A stretch of DNA of 64,000 nt from Haliotis cracherodii (lineage: Eukaryota), in the NCBI RefSeq assembly GCF_022045235.1, contig NW_027266297.1, positions 10,292,001 through 10,356,000 of the forward strand. The letters are read 5' to 3'. Position numbers and translations under genes: made by a program. Below the pieces are notes generated by a model that saw nothing but the letters and a program-made list of their open reading frames with translations, made no database searches and was not told where the DNA came from. Shown here in pieces: positions 12,500-26,295 of the stretch. Numbering within the stretch: the first letter of the stretch is position 1; each line of letters opens with the position of its first letter.

Positions 12500-12720
12500 T
12501 GATATAAACACCAACAGCTCGAGCTGCTGAAATATTGCTCGACATAAAGGGAGTTGGCTAAGTCATCCCTCTTGTCATACAGTCTAGTCGATAGTTTCTT
12601 GTGTCTCTTTATGCATAAATCCAAATATGAAAAAGACGATTTCTACTTCAGTTAGGTAAATCAGGGGAAGGGAATACGCTATTTAACTATTTATTGAAAT
12701 ATATCAAGATCATCTATATG
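12500..12720 (-). mobile_element. Penelope-like RT fragment
   Basis: Reverse strand encodes YIDD..FP*FT*LK.. and RLYDKRDDLANS; homologous to the 58055 fragment. Confidence 0.55.
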
Positions 12721-13364
12721 CGGGTGGCTTAAGGTTTACTTCTTGGCCAAGTTCCCAAGCAGAAATTTCGATTCGTATGCATTCGTAGTCACGAAAGCCC
12801 CACAGATCAATGAATGAAGTTTGCTCTTAAGTTTGAGGTAAGGTTTACACAGACATGAAACATGTTTCAGTCATATTAATATGAATGGAAAGCACACTCA
12901 AAACAATTCATTGCGGCCCCTTAGACCCCAGGGTCACACGTGCCACCTTACAAAGCTATGGTGCAACATGCGTGATTTGGATGTGAGTCACCCTTTTCTC
13001 TATCAAAGCTTGACCCAACATGATTCCTTTGGACTTGAATAACCCTTCGTCTACCAAAGCTGTGATCTTAAAATCACATGTGCATGCTGACACATTACCA
13101 GTTTGCACATTATCACTAATGCTCTTTTGACATAAGAAGTATGTAACACGTGTTGTTTTCGTATTTTTTATTTGTAAAATAAATACCTCCTATGATCTTT
13201 GTGAAGAGCCTTGATAATGATTGTTGATGAACAGTACAAGCAATGATGAATACATGAGATGAGAAATATGTGAAATTCATACAGATAAGAATAGTATTCA
13301 CATAACATGTAGTTTACATACAGCATTCACACACTTGTTGCAGCCTTCAGATAGCTCATTCTGT

Positions 13365-15534
13365 TCATGGAGGTGTTGGTGTGACAGCATCCATGTTGTC
13401 GAATCCCAACTTGCAGCAGGCCAGGATAGGCTCCACACACACTTGACGTCCATCAGTGCCAGTGGTCAAGGATGTACACAGCTGAAAAGAGCAGTAAGCT
13501 AATGTCATTTGTTTGTGTTTGGGAGTTAACGGCGTTTTCATAAGAACACATGTTTATCTCTTATGAGCCTGACCTGATGCATGTCCTTCGTTTTATAAAA
13601 TGACTGATTCTCGCATTGAGAATTCTGTGAATTTCTGTATCATTATAATTTTCAATTTACCCGGACGGTGGGTTTGAATTTTAATGTACATTATAACAAC
13701 CTATCTTCGGGTCTCGACAATAGACGACAATATATAGCATTAAAACAAACTATACTTACAGCCATTCCACGTCCTCCGTATCTCTCGAGCTGTCTGAATG
13801 GTAGGTTGGCAGAGCCCAAGTCAACGATAGTCTCCTGGTTGGTTGTGAGGGTGACAGAGGTGACAACTCCGGGGGTGGTGGTCGTTCCAGTGCCCCATGA
13901 CTGACCCCATCCTTGTCCCCACTGCTGTCCCCATGGTTGACCCCACTGTTGACGAAGACCTTGACCCCACTGTTGGCCCCACACGTTGCTGTAAAAGAGA
14001 CATAGTGTGGTATTTGAGATGCATTTGAAAATTATTGGTTTCCGATCATGAGGAAATGTATTTTAACTGTGAAAATTGTGAATTTTAAAAACATTGCGGG
14101 TGTTTAAAAACAATGTCACTATACTACTTCCCGAACCCTTTCCAAGGGACCAAAAGGACAAAGTACCCGTCATTACCTTCCAAGGACAGGTCCGAGTCCA
14201 TCAGCAGTACATCCAGCCTCCACACGAGATCTCTCAGTGATAACGAGGTTGTAAGTTCCTGACGCGGTTGTGGTCCTCAGAACGGCAGATCCAGTCAGAC
14301 CGCTTCGTGATCGACCAAACTGTATAGAAACACTTTGAACTCATTTCACTTGAAAACATACACTAATGAGATTATTATTAATGTAGTATTTGCCAGGCAA
14401 TTGAAAGTATCTGGTTTCGTCCAAAACATTACAAACGTTACCAGCCTGAAAACAGTTGCCTAAACACTGCCAACTTAAGGTCCAAATACAACTATGACAC
14501 CCGTATCAAATACATCACCATCGAATAATGTCTTGCTTGTATCATTTTAAGCCACCATCAGACATGGGTGTAAACTTTCTTTTGCCCGACAGTTTACTAA
14601 CCTTTCAAGACGTATCTGACAACCCAAACACTAGACCACATTCAGTCAATAGATAAAACCACTTACACCCCATCCTCCCCAAGCTGGCTGCATCCTCTTC
14701 AGGGTCAGAGATACAGCAAAACCTGTTGCTGTTCCAGTGCAGGTAATGGTTGTATCTAGGAACAAATACAAGCTTCGTAGGGATCAATGGTTTACTATGG
14801 CGGTGCCTCGGAATTATGGTATCGGTCACTGCTTCAATACAAAGAGTTAAATTCTTGCAAAGAGGGAACGTCTTCTTTTTCAACTAGACACACATATTTC
14901 CAAGACATCCAGCATATCCAGTGTACAATGTATGTCAGGGAATAAACCAAGAGGCTTACAGTTCCAGTATTTCCTGTATTATTGTACAAATCTTGCCCTT
15001 GGTCATTCGACAATCATAGAGAGAATAAACCTTATCCTGGTTGTACAGTGGCTATAACTAAAATTAAAGTATCTATGAATACTTACTCTGGTAAGGGTTG
15101 ATAATGTTTTGGCCCCATCCAGCTCCAACTTGGCCCAAACCCGAGCTGCCAATCCCAAGTCCATTGGTACCAAATCCAAGTCCACCAGCGCCAATTCCAA
15201 GTCCGGCTTGACCCCAAGAAGCCCCTGCCTGTCCCAAACCAAGTCCTGCATTACCTTGACCAAGTCCGGCTTGACCCCAAGAAGCCCCTGCCTGTCCCAA
15301 ACCAAGCCCTGCATTACCTTGACCAAGTCCGGCTTGACCCCAAGAAGCCCCTGCCTGTCCCAAACCAAGTCCTGCATTACCTTGACCAAGTCCGGCTTGA
15401 CCCCAAGAAGCCCCTGCCTGTCCCAAACCAAGTCCTGCATTACCTTGACCAAGTCCGGCGTTACTCTGACCCCAACCTTGACCTAAAGCCAGGTGAGCTA
15501 TAATAGATAGAAGAGCTACTGCGAGGAACGCCAT
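13365..15534 (-). CDS. Gene A2: tandem paralog of A1 (341 aa, 5 exons)
   Basis: Exons 15534-15087, 14755-14667, 14319-14177, 13988-13760, 13481-13365 (TGA). Exons 2-5 have the same lengths as A1 (89/143/229/117 nt); 4 x 21-aa repeat. Confidence 0.92.
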
Positions 15535-15589
15535 GGTAGATCTGTACTCGAGAAGAATCTGAGATAATTCTGTTATCTATCTGACCCGG

Positions 15590-15597
15590 TTTATATA
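15590..15597 (-). promoter_or_regulatory. A2 TATA box
   Basis: TATATAAA at the same offset from the ATG as in A1. Confidence 0.7.
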
Positions 15598-16859
15598 CAC
15601 TACAGGTATAATAAGCTGGTAATTAATTATGTCACAGATATAAAAGAAGACACCAATCGGAAGTCCTATCCCATGTACCTTATGTAATTAAGGAATGGCT
15701 TTAAGTGATCTACTATTTACCCAGGTAAACTAAGAGCGATATATTCATTAATATCCGGTCCTTTCACTCCAGACATTTCACTGATAGCGTTTATTTACGT
15801 TATGCAATAGTGTGATTCACACAACCATTCCTGTGTAATCCGCCTTTGATATTTATTTAGTGTTAAACGGTTTATTCAGACTTTGTCGTTAACTACATAT
15901 ACTGTTCATTGCATTCTTATAATTTTATGAATATTATGAATAAAGTTTATAAAATATATGCATACTTTCTATAAAATATAACTTTCTCAGCTTTTAATTT
16001 TCATGCTCAAATAGTATGCAAATAATGGTCACAATAAACTGACGTACAAAAGGCAGCATACTATTGAAAATAGGATTTGACCAAAATATGACAAACGTTA
16101 TTAAAACGATACCAGGCCGTAAACACTGCAAACTTAAGGTTCAAAACACAGCTATGATACCCGTATCAAATACATTACCATGGAATTGTTTCTTTCATTT
16201 TCAGCCACCATCAAACATGGGTGTTTCCTTTCTTTCGCCCTACAGTTTATTTTTCTTTATGAACAAATTGTTATTTACAGAAGTGAGTCCCTGGGAGCTT
16301 TTCACTGATTCAAGATTAATATTTTTATCTGAAGGGGAGAGTCGAGCAATGCTTTCTTTTCAAATTACGTTATTATTTTCAGGACATCCTGCATGTCCAG
16401 CGAAGCTGAAGCAAAACAACCTTTCTCCGCAAATTGTAATAACCACTGCGGTAGATTGTAATAAAATATTATTCGTTTGCAAATATACAAAGAAATTTGC
16501 ACGAAGTTTAAAATGTGCGACTAAGCTGTTTGAAAATCGAAATCTGGACTTTGAAACGACTGAATTGATAAAGGCAACTGTACATCAAATTCTTGATATT
16601 TGTATTTACAAAAAATAGATTTCGACTTCCAGTGTTCGTTCGACCTTAACAAGATCAATTCCAACCTCCAGCATGTTTAAGGAAAAAAATGCTATTTTGT
16701 TTCAATTTCTATCATTCCTATTGAAAGACAGGTGCGACAAATTGTAATACAAAGTGCGGTAAATTGTAATAACATCTCCACAACCTTCCGATTTCAAACT
16801 GAATTCGAGTTCCAGTGCTTGTTCGACCTTAACATGATCAATTCACCCTCCAGCATGTT

Positions 16860-17105
16860 TAAGGGGAAAAAAAGAAGCGATTTTGTTTCACGATAACTGA
16901 TCTTCTGGGTCGGATTCCAGCCTCGCAAAGATGGTTACTGACAGTCTGGTCCGATATCCTCCTCAAACCAGGGATGCGTCCTACAGTGTCCGTAGCTGTG
17001 GCATTGCGATGACGTAGGTGGAACAGCCGAAGGTAGCTATACTGTGCAGGGGTGGTAGCTGTTGTTCGGCCGGTTCTCGGCCGGTCTTCAGTGGAATTGA
17101 ACTGT
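16860..17105 (-). mobile_element. Tc1-like transposase fragment (DNA-binding region)
   Basis: DRPRTGRTTATTPAQYSYLRLFHLRHRNATA..RISDQTVSNHLCEAGIRPRR. Confidence 0.75.
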
Positions 17106-17179
17106 GTGTTTTTAAGAGTGTATTCGGAGTCATCCAGAGTCATCCAGATTAATTTGGTCAAGAGCGTATGAAACATTAA

Positions 17180-18350
17180 CATTACAAGTCAGAAAGGCTT
17201 CGTTTCCAATTATTACCTTCTTAAAAGATTATGCAAACATTTCTCTAAATCTACAATATTTGACAGTAAAATAGCTTCCATATTGTAATATGGTTTGGAA
17301 ATTTGGGGTTACACTTCTCGTGCAAGTATTGAAAAAATCAAGAGTTTTTACTTCAAACGTTATTTATGTGTTGATAAAAAAGTATCAACCAATGCTGTAC
17401 TAGGCGAAGTAGGTAGAACCTACTTATGTGTTAATTGTTTTAGTCGCTGTATAAAGTATTGGTGCAGGCTGTTGTATATGGATAGTTATCGATACCCAAA
17501 AGCATGTCATGACATGTTGAAATCACAGGATGAAAACGCCAGCCACTATTGGTTAACGCATGTTTGTTTGCTGCTATTAAAAACTGGATTTACTTATGTT
17601 TGGATCGCACAGGGGTGTGGCAGCATATCAAATTTTATACAAAAGCAGAGATGTAAAGACATAGAGATTCAGAACTGGCATGCTAAAATTATTTCTTCAT
17701 GATTTATAAACCATTATTCTACAAGTCTGTACTAAAACCAGAGAAATATATACTACCCAAAAGAAGTTAAAGAACACCCGATTCTTTCATATTACTATAG
17801 TTAATCTGTCTTGGCATGTGAGAGTAACTATAGTAATATGAAAGAATTGGGTGTTCTTTAACTTCTTTTGAGTAGTATATTATGAAGTTATGTCCAAACA
17901 AAGATCTTATCCGCATATTATTGAAATTCCGATGTTTGAGCCATAAGTTGGGTATTCAACACTTTCGACACAATGACAAAGTCAATACTGATTTACTTAA
18001 GTGCAAGAAATCTAATCATTATATAACTGAGGATGAATACCATTTTATTTTAGTTTGTCCATTTTATATGGAAAACAGAAAGCTCTACATCGCAAGCTAC
18101 CATTACAAGTATCCATCACGCGCAACCAAAAATGTGAAGCTAATTAAAAATATTGCTATATAGTTGAAAATAAATCTGCCTGTATAATGCATCATAAATA
18201 TTGTATTGAGATAGTATAACAGTTGTCCCACCTGTCCATGTGCAAACATGTATCTCGTGTATTGTACTCTTGGCCATGCGGCCTTTAATACCGAATAAGC
18301 TTCTTCTTCAATGCGGCCTTTGATACCGAATAAACTTCTTCTTCTTCAAA
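17180..18350 (+). mobile_element. 5'-truncated non-LTR retrotransposon (LINE ORF2 C-terminus, RTE-X-like)
   Basis: YGLEIWG..IEKI..NAVLGEVGR..IKYW; FRCLSHKLGI..EDEYHFILVCPFY; 3' duplicated gcggccttt.ataccgaataa.cttcttc tail. Stops and frameshifts present; clade tentative. Confidence 0.72.
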
Positions 18351-20561
18351 ACTATCAAAATGCGTCGTCTTATTATTAGGAACCAATTCAGTCGATTTAC
18401 TTCATAACTTATGTAGTTTCTTTAACATTTGATAAAAACCTGTATGTAAAAATCGTTTCGATGCTATTCATTATAGTAAAAATATTTACTCATTTTATTT
18501 TTTGTACTTTCGATTTTGCATGTGTTTTGCCTATCTTCAGTTTTATGGTGTTACTTTAGATATGTAAAGGTGGCCATCGAACGCTCATTGAAAGCGCTGC
18601 TTTGTACTCAAGCTGTACAAAAATTATCGTTCCATTATTGACATCCCTTGGACTTTCTACACATAAGTCCTAAGTCGTAATTATAAAACCTGTGTGTTGT
18701 GACAAAAGGGAACTCCATTGTGAAGTATTAAGGCCACATTGTTACTTTTTGTCTTCCAGCCTTTGGGTATAGCTCGACGGCTTCATGTAATGTTAATACT
18801 GCAAGGATAAATTAATAAAACCTTCTATAACAATATGTTCAAGGCGGACCTATTTCCTCGCAGCTTCCATCAATATGAGGTGATTTGCAATTAATCAATT
18901 ACATTATTGAAAGTGCATGCAAACGGAATGAAAGTTTTACGTGTGGAAACCATAATTACGTGAAACAGGCTAGTATCGCCCAACTCAACCCAAACTACAA
19001 ATGATCAAAACATGGTTAGATTTCCAACATATTGAAGACAAGTTATTTTTCAATTTCAGCTGCGGTGACTTTATAAATTAAGTGTATTATTTCTTTTTCC
19101 GTCATAGATTACACCAGAATGAACTATGTTAGAGCTGTGCAGTAGGTTACACCTATCTATTGAATGAGCCACGTTATTAATGAATGTGTTCTGAAATAGA
19201 TTTCATCATGTTTGACAAGATGATAATGTACAGATATCATGCATCGATTTGTAGGCCATCGATAGATACATGTATTCACACACATGTTTTTGTGTGAAAA
19301 GGCTTGTTAATTTTCCGATTTTAATGTTATTTTGACCAATCAGAATCAAGCATTCGTTTGTGTCCTGGTAGAAATTGTAATTGACAATTAGCTTATTAGA
19401 CCAATGATTGATAAGATGAGTTTGAAATTTGAAATATATTTCAGTAACATCTGGGCTCGTTATATCAATGTCAATGGAAAGCCCATAGTGCACTCTACAC
19501 AATGAAATGCGGTTTCTTAGAACTCAGGGCCCCACGTGGCCATTATCAAAGCTACATGTATGATCCAACATGCATTGTTTGGACTTGGGTCACCTTTTCG
19601 TTTATCAAAGCTGTGATCCAACATGCATTCGTTGGCCTTAAGTCTCCCTTCCATCTATCAAAGCTGTGATGCATGTCTATGTTGACACATAACCAGTTTG
19701 CACATTATCAATAATTCTGTTTTCACATTAGAAGTGTGTAACACCTGTTCTTTTCGTATATTTTATTTGCAAAAATAGTTTCTTGTATTCGTAAAAATAT
19801 CCCCTGTGCTTTTGTTAGGAGGTAACAGGTGACCCAGTATTGTCTGGTTATTACAAAGGCGTTGTCATATAAATACCACAAGTGTAATCAGTTTTGAATT
19901 GTGAGTTACTTTTTTGTCGGCGTATTCTCATATACTACAGGATCAGGAAGCGTGAGTGGTGGTTACGTTATTAGCTTTTGATGGTTGTTTCACATCAAGT
20001 TCCCTGAAGTCTATCAGAGCCATGATTGAGAGAGGTAAGGTTTACACAGACATAACACATGTTTCAGTCACATTTATATAAATGGAAAGCACACTCAAAA
20101 CAATTCATTGCGGCCCCTTAGACCCCAGGGTCACACGTGCCACCTTACAAAGCTATGGTGCAACATGCGTGATTTGGATGTGAGTCACCCTTTTCTCTAT
20201 CAAAGTTTTGACCCAACGTGTTTCCTTTGGACTTGAATAACCCTTCGTCTACCAAGGTTGTGATCTTAAACTCACATGTGTATGCTGACAGTTTAACAGT
20301 TTGCACTTTATTACTAATGCTCTTTTGACATAAGAAGTATGTAACACGTGTTGTTTTCGTACTTTTTATTTGTAAAATAAATACCTCCTATGATCTTTGT
20401 GACGAGCATTGATAATGATTGTTGATGAACAGTACAAGCAATGATGAATACATGAGATGAGAAATATGTGAAATTCATGCAGATAAGAATAGTATGCACA
20501 CACATGTAGTTTCCATACAGCATTCACACACTTGTTGCAGCCTTCAGATAGCTCATTCTGT

Positions 20562-22690
20562 TTATGGGGGTGTTGGTGTGACAGCATCCATGTTGTCGAA
20601 TCCCAACTTGCAGCAGGCCAGGATAGGCTCAACACACACTTGACGTCCATCGGTGCCAGTGGTCAAGGATGTACACAGCTGAAAACAGCAGTAAGCTTAT
20701 GTCATTTGTTTGTGTTTGGGAGTTAACGACGTTTTCATAAGAACGCCTGTTTATCTCTTGGCCTGATGTGATGTCCTTCCTTGCCTGACCCGATGTCCTT
20801 CGTTTTATAAAATGACTGATTCTCGCATTGAGGATTCTGTGAATTTCTGTATCATTATAATTTTCAATTTACCCGGACGGTGGGTTTGAATTTTAATGTA
20901 CATTATAACAACCTATCTTCGGGTCTCGACAATAGACGACAATATATAGCATTAAAACAAACTATACTTACAGCCATTCCACGTCCTCCGTATCTCTCGA
21001 GCTGTCTGAATGGTAGGTTGGCAGAGCCCAAGTCAACGATAGTCTCCTGGTTGGTTGTGAGGGTGACAGAGGTGACAACTCCGGGGGTGGTGGTAGTTCC
21101 AGTGCCCCATGACTGACCCCATCCTTGTCCCAAAGGCTGTCCCCATGGCTGACCCCACTGTTGACGAAGACCTTGACCCCACTGTTGGCCCCACACGTTG
21201 CTGTAAAAGAGACATAGTGTGGTATTTGAGATGCATTTGAAAATTGCTCGTTTCTGGTCATGAAGAAATGTATTTTAACTGTGAAAATTTTAAAATACTT
21301 GACATTTATAAAACATGCTGGATGTTTAAAAACAATGTCACTATACTACTTCCTTAACCCCTTCCAAGAGACCTAAAGGACAAAGGACCCGTCATTACCT
21401 TCCAAGGACAGGCCCGAGTCCATCAGCGGTACATCCAGCCTCCACACGGGATCTCTCAGTGATAACTAGGTTGTAAGTTCCTGACGCGGTTGTAGTCCTC
21501 AGAACGGCAGATCCAGTCAGACCGCTTCGTGATCGACCAAACTACAATGAAATTTTTGAAACTCATTTCGCTTGAAAACACACACCTCACGAGAGTAGTA
21601 CTAACGTCTTAACTGCCAAGCAAAAGAAAGTATGTGGTTTTCGACCAAAACATTACAAACGTTATTGAAACGTTACCAGACTGAAAGCAGTTGCCGAAAC
21701 ACTGCCAACTTAAGGTCCAAAACACAACTATGATACCTGTATCAAATACATCACCACCCAATAATGTTTTGTTTGTATGGGTGTATACTTTCTTTTATCA
21801 TAACTACTTACACCCCATCCTCCCCAAGTTGGCTGCATCCTCTTCAGGGTCAGAGATACAGCAAAACCCGTTGCTGTTCCAGTGCATGTAATGGTTGTAT
21901 CTAGGAACAAATACAGTTGGACACTTCATGTCACGCAATATACTCATACAAGAATTAGTTTCAGTAGTAAGTAAATGTACAAGCTTCTTAGAGATCGACC
22001 GTTTACTATTCTTTTGCGGTGCCTCGGAATTATGGTTAAGGCCACTGCTTCAACACAAACAATTAGATTGTCTGAAAGGAGGCAAACATCTTCCTTTTCA
22101 CAAAAGACACACATATTTTCAAGACATTAAGCATATCCAGTGTACAATGTATGTCAGGGAATAAACCAAGAGGCTTACATTTCCAGTATTTCCTGTATTA
22201 TTGTACAAATCTTGTCCTTTGTCATTCGACAACCATAGAGCGAATAAAACTTATCTTGTTTGTACAGTGGCTAAAACTAAAATTAAAGTATCTATGAATA
22301 CTTACTCTGGTAAGGGTTGATAATGTTTTGGCCCCATCCTGCTCCAACTTGGCCCCAACCCGAGCTGCCAATCCCAAGTCCATTGGTACCAAATCCAAGT
22401 CCACCAGCGCCAATTCCAAGTCCGGCTTGACCCCAAGAAGCCCCTGCCTGTCCCAAACCAAGTCCTGCATTACCTTGACCAAGTCCGGCTTGACCCCAAG
22501 AAGCCCCTGCCTGTCCCAAACCAAGTCCTGCATTACCTTGACCAAGTCCGGCTTGACCCCAAGAAGCTCCTGCCTGTCCCAAACCAAGCCCTGCATTACC
22601 TTGACTAAGTCCGGCGTTACTCTGACCCCAACCTTGACCCAAAGTCAGGTGAGCTATGACAGATAGAAGAGCTACTGCGAGGAAAGCCAT
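20562..22690 (-). CDS. Gene A3: tandem paralog of A1 (320 aa, 5 exons)
   Basis: Exons 22690-22306, 21900-21812, 21541-21399, 21200-20972, 20678-20562 (TAA). GT-AG, intact frame; 3 x 21-aa repeat. Confidence 0.92.
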
Positions 22691-22745
22691 GGTAGATCTG
22701 TACTCGAGAAGAATCTGAGATAATTCTGTTATCTATCTGACCCGG

Positions 22746-22753
22746 TTTATATA
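22746..22753 (-). promoter_or_regulatory. A3 TATA box
   Basis: TATATAAA at the same offset from the ATG. Confidence 0.7.
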
Positions 22754-24399
22754 CACTACGGGTATAATAAACTGGTAATTAATTATGTCACAGATATAAA
22801 AGAAGACACCAATCGGAAGTCCTATCCCATGTACCTTATGTAATTAAGGACTGGCTTTAAGTGATCTACTATTTTCCCAGATAAACTAAGAGCGATATAT
22901 TCATTGATATCCGGTTCTTTCACTCCAGACATTTCACTGATAGTGTCTATTTACGTTATGCAATAGTGCAATTCATACATCCATTCCTGTGTAATCCGTC
23001 TTTAATATTTCTTCAGTGCTAAACGGTTTATTCAGACTTTGTCGTTAACTATATATGGTGTTCATTGCATTCTCATCTGACAATAATGGCCCAAGAAAAT
23101 ATGGTCCGTCTTTCTCTTTGCGATGATATTATTTATGATTATTATCATGAATGAAGTTTATAAAATATATGCAATGTAAAATGTTTTCAGCGTTTCATTT
23201 TCATGCTCAAATAGTATGCAAATAATTGTTATAATAAACTGCCGTTCAAAAAACAGTATACACTTGAAAATTGGATTTGACCAAAAAATGACAAACGTTA
23301 TCAAAACGATACCAGGCCGTAAACACTGCAAACTTAAAGTCCAAAACACAGCTATGATACCCGTATCAAATACATTACTATGGAATTGTTTCTTTCATTT
23401 TCAGCCACCATCAAACATGGGTGTTTCCTTTCTTTCGCCCTACAGTTATTTTTTTCTTTATGAACAAATTGTTATTTACAGAAGTGAGTCCCTGGGAGCT
23501 TTTCATTTATTCATGATTAATATTTTTATCTGAAGGGGAGAATCGAACAATGCTTTCTTTTCAAATTACGTTATTTTCATGACATCCTGCATGTCCAGCG
23601 AAGCTGAGGCAAAACAACCTTTCTCCGCAACAAATTATTTATGTAAACAACCAAAAATGTATAGTTTGGAATTAGAAGTACAAATAGTTAATTATAAGGC
23701 GATACCCCCAAGCAACAAGTTCGTTATTATGCAGTCAGGGTCAGGTTTGGCCTCTGTGTGCTGGTGTGTCACTATATAATGACCCGACACATACATATGT
23801 CATTATGGGTTAAACATATTATATTTAACATTTGAAATCCGGATTGGTAACAAGAAAAGCATTGCTTATATAAATACCGCTCTGAGCTTCACAGATTCTA
23901 GCTGGTGAATTAATATCAACATTATCGTGTTAAGTAGGCAATTAAACAAAGAATGCATCCGTAAACTGGAGATAGCGATGTCCGAACTAAAGGAGTACAG
24001 TATAACAATTTCAATGTTTTTTTCCAAAACTGATTTATATTATTGTACCAACTATTCGAATCGTTTGCTTTTGACAAGACAATCGTGGACTAATTCAAGA
24101 ATTTCATGTTTACTGAGCCATTTTCTGAAGATTTTGTGTATAAAACTGTTTTCCGTGGTTGTAAAAGTGCACATTCTTTGTAATATTGTTATATTATATT
24201 GTATGTAAAAAACAAATGTGAAGGATATTCGAAATGAAACCACATTTGCAGTCCGATCTGTCCGATACATATCGATTGAATTTATAAGCGTTTAACTCAA
24301 TGCAGCCGAGCCTGAGGCGACAATGCATGATATGACAAAATATTGCTCGAACCGAAATTTAAGCTTATAGTTATTTGTAGTGTCAGGCCATTGATGAAT

Positions 24400-24890
24400 G
24401 TGTTACATTCTCTTAATGAGCAAGTGTTAATTGAGTCCTCTGGGAAGAGCGTACCACAGTTGTATCGAACTAGGGAGAAGCGAGCGTGCATATGCATAGG
24501 TCCTACAGTTCATTGTTTGTAAACTAGATCCACCCCTGAGATTATAATAGTTATTTTTTTTAATATGAGCTGGAATAAGTTTACTGATATCTTCACGTGC
24601 AATACCGGAATTCATTTCAGGTTTTCTAATAATAAAGATTGTTTGTGTGTGCACTTGTCCCAAATATGACAACAGAAGTCGCACATAGGCACTATGAAAA
24701 ATTTATACATTTTCTCTATATATTTTTTAAGATGACCTGTATTTCAAACTTCTATATCATGGGACTAACTTGTTTTGTCATTGATATGAGTTTTCCACGA
24801 ACAACCACACTGAAGTGTTATACCTAAGTGCTTATGACTTTTTACTTCTTGAATGGGGATATCGTTGATATACATCATTATAGGACTAAC
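24400..24890 (-). mobile_element. CR1/L2-group LINE ORF2 C-terminal fragment
   Basis: IQEVKSHKHLGITLQCGCSWKTHI and YNLR..CRTYAYARSLLPSSIQLWYALP. Confidence 0.7.
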
Positions 24891-26151
24891 TATATTACAA
24901 CGGGAAATGATGAGAATGATCATCCCACCATTTAGCATAATTATAAAAAACCGAGAACTTTGAAAAATGTACATGATGGCACATACAGCCAATTGTGTCA
25001 CTTATTGCCAAACATAATCTGTTGCTCGCTCTTCCGATGGGCATGGTACAAGCGCAGCCATTTTCGAACACCTGGTTTCCGATATTATGGGCATTGCAGA
25101 TGAAAAGACAATACACTCTTATTATAAAGGTCATAAGGCCTAAGACCTCAGAGTATAAGGTTTAGTATACGTAGGATTTAGTATGATCTTTGTAGCATTT
25201 ATCAATTACAAAAGACATGTGGGAGGGGAACCCCTCAAGAATATTCAGTGTGAACAGGCATCATCTTAAGATATCAAATGTACTTAACTCTCGCCCCATT
25301 ATGAAGCGTCATGTAGAGTTATCTGCAGTCAGGTTATACTTACATAGGATTAATGTACAAAGATAAGATAATAGTATTAACGAGGCGTGGAAGACGAAGT
25401 GAAAAGAGAGTGTTTGAACGGGATGTGGTGACAAGGTATACTCTTCAACAAAGGAAACGCAATACGGATATTGTTGGCCCGAAGAGCAAAATTAGCGGAC
25501 CAATAGGTGCAAAATAAAGAGGTTTAATATGTTATTGTGTCAGCGACAAATTTCCCGGATCAAATTAATTACAAGGCTATCCAAACCATTAGTCGGGAAA
25601 CACGTACGATTCGGAAAAAACGCACCCAGTACATCAACAAAAGGGCAATGTTTCCGTCACAGATGAAAGATTACACTAGAATGAACTATGTTAGAGCGGT
25701 GCAGAAGGTTACAACTATCTGTTGAATGAGCCACGTTATTAATTAATGTTTCTGAAATAGATTTCATCATGTTTGGCAAGATGATAATGTACAGATATCA
25801 TGAGTAGATGTGTAGGCCATCGATAGATACAAGTTTTTGTGTGAAAAGGCTTGTAAACTTTCCGATTTTAATGCTATTTTGACAAATCAGAATCAAGCAT
25901 TTGTTTGTGTCATGGTAGAAATTGTATGTGATAATACGTTTAGTGCAGCAATGATTAACTGAGGTGAGTTTGAAATTTGAAATATATTCAATAACATAAA
26001 GGCTCGTCATATCAATGTAAATGGAAAACCCTAAGTGCACTCTACAAATGACATGTGGCTTCTCAGACCTCATGGGACCACGTGAAACTTATCAAAGCCA
26101 TGATTCTGCATGCATTTTTGGACTAGAGGTACCCTTTCATCTATCAAAGGA

Positions 26152-26295
26152 GGATGTTGGGGTAGCCTAGTGATTAAAGCGTTCGTCCGTCAAGCCGGGT
26201 TCGATTCCCCACTTGTGTACAATGTGTGAAGCTAATTTCTGATATTCTGATTTTGCTGAAATATTGCTAAAAGTGGCGCAAAACCACACTCACTG
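26152..26295 (+). mobile_element. R2 SINE copy
   Basis: ggggtagcctagtgattaaagcgttcg..gggttcgattcccc..aatattgctaaaagtggcg. Confidence 0.75.

Noticed and set aside
15003-15486. Alternative-frame repeat ORFs over A exon 1 (VKVMQDLVWDRQ.., TKSGLTPRSPC..), also at 7621 and 22222
   Set aside because: By-products of the 63-bp coding repeat; only the Gly-rich frame has a signal peptide and splices in phase.
16064-16618. 184-aa ORF upstream of A2
   Set aside because: The frame is not preserved in the homologous copies at 23216 and 30469; the sequence is intron-derived relic plus repeat.
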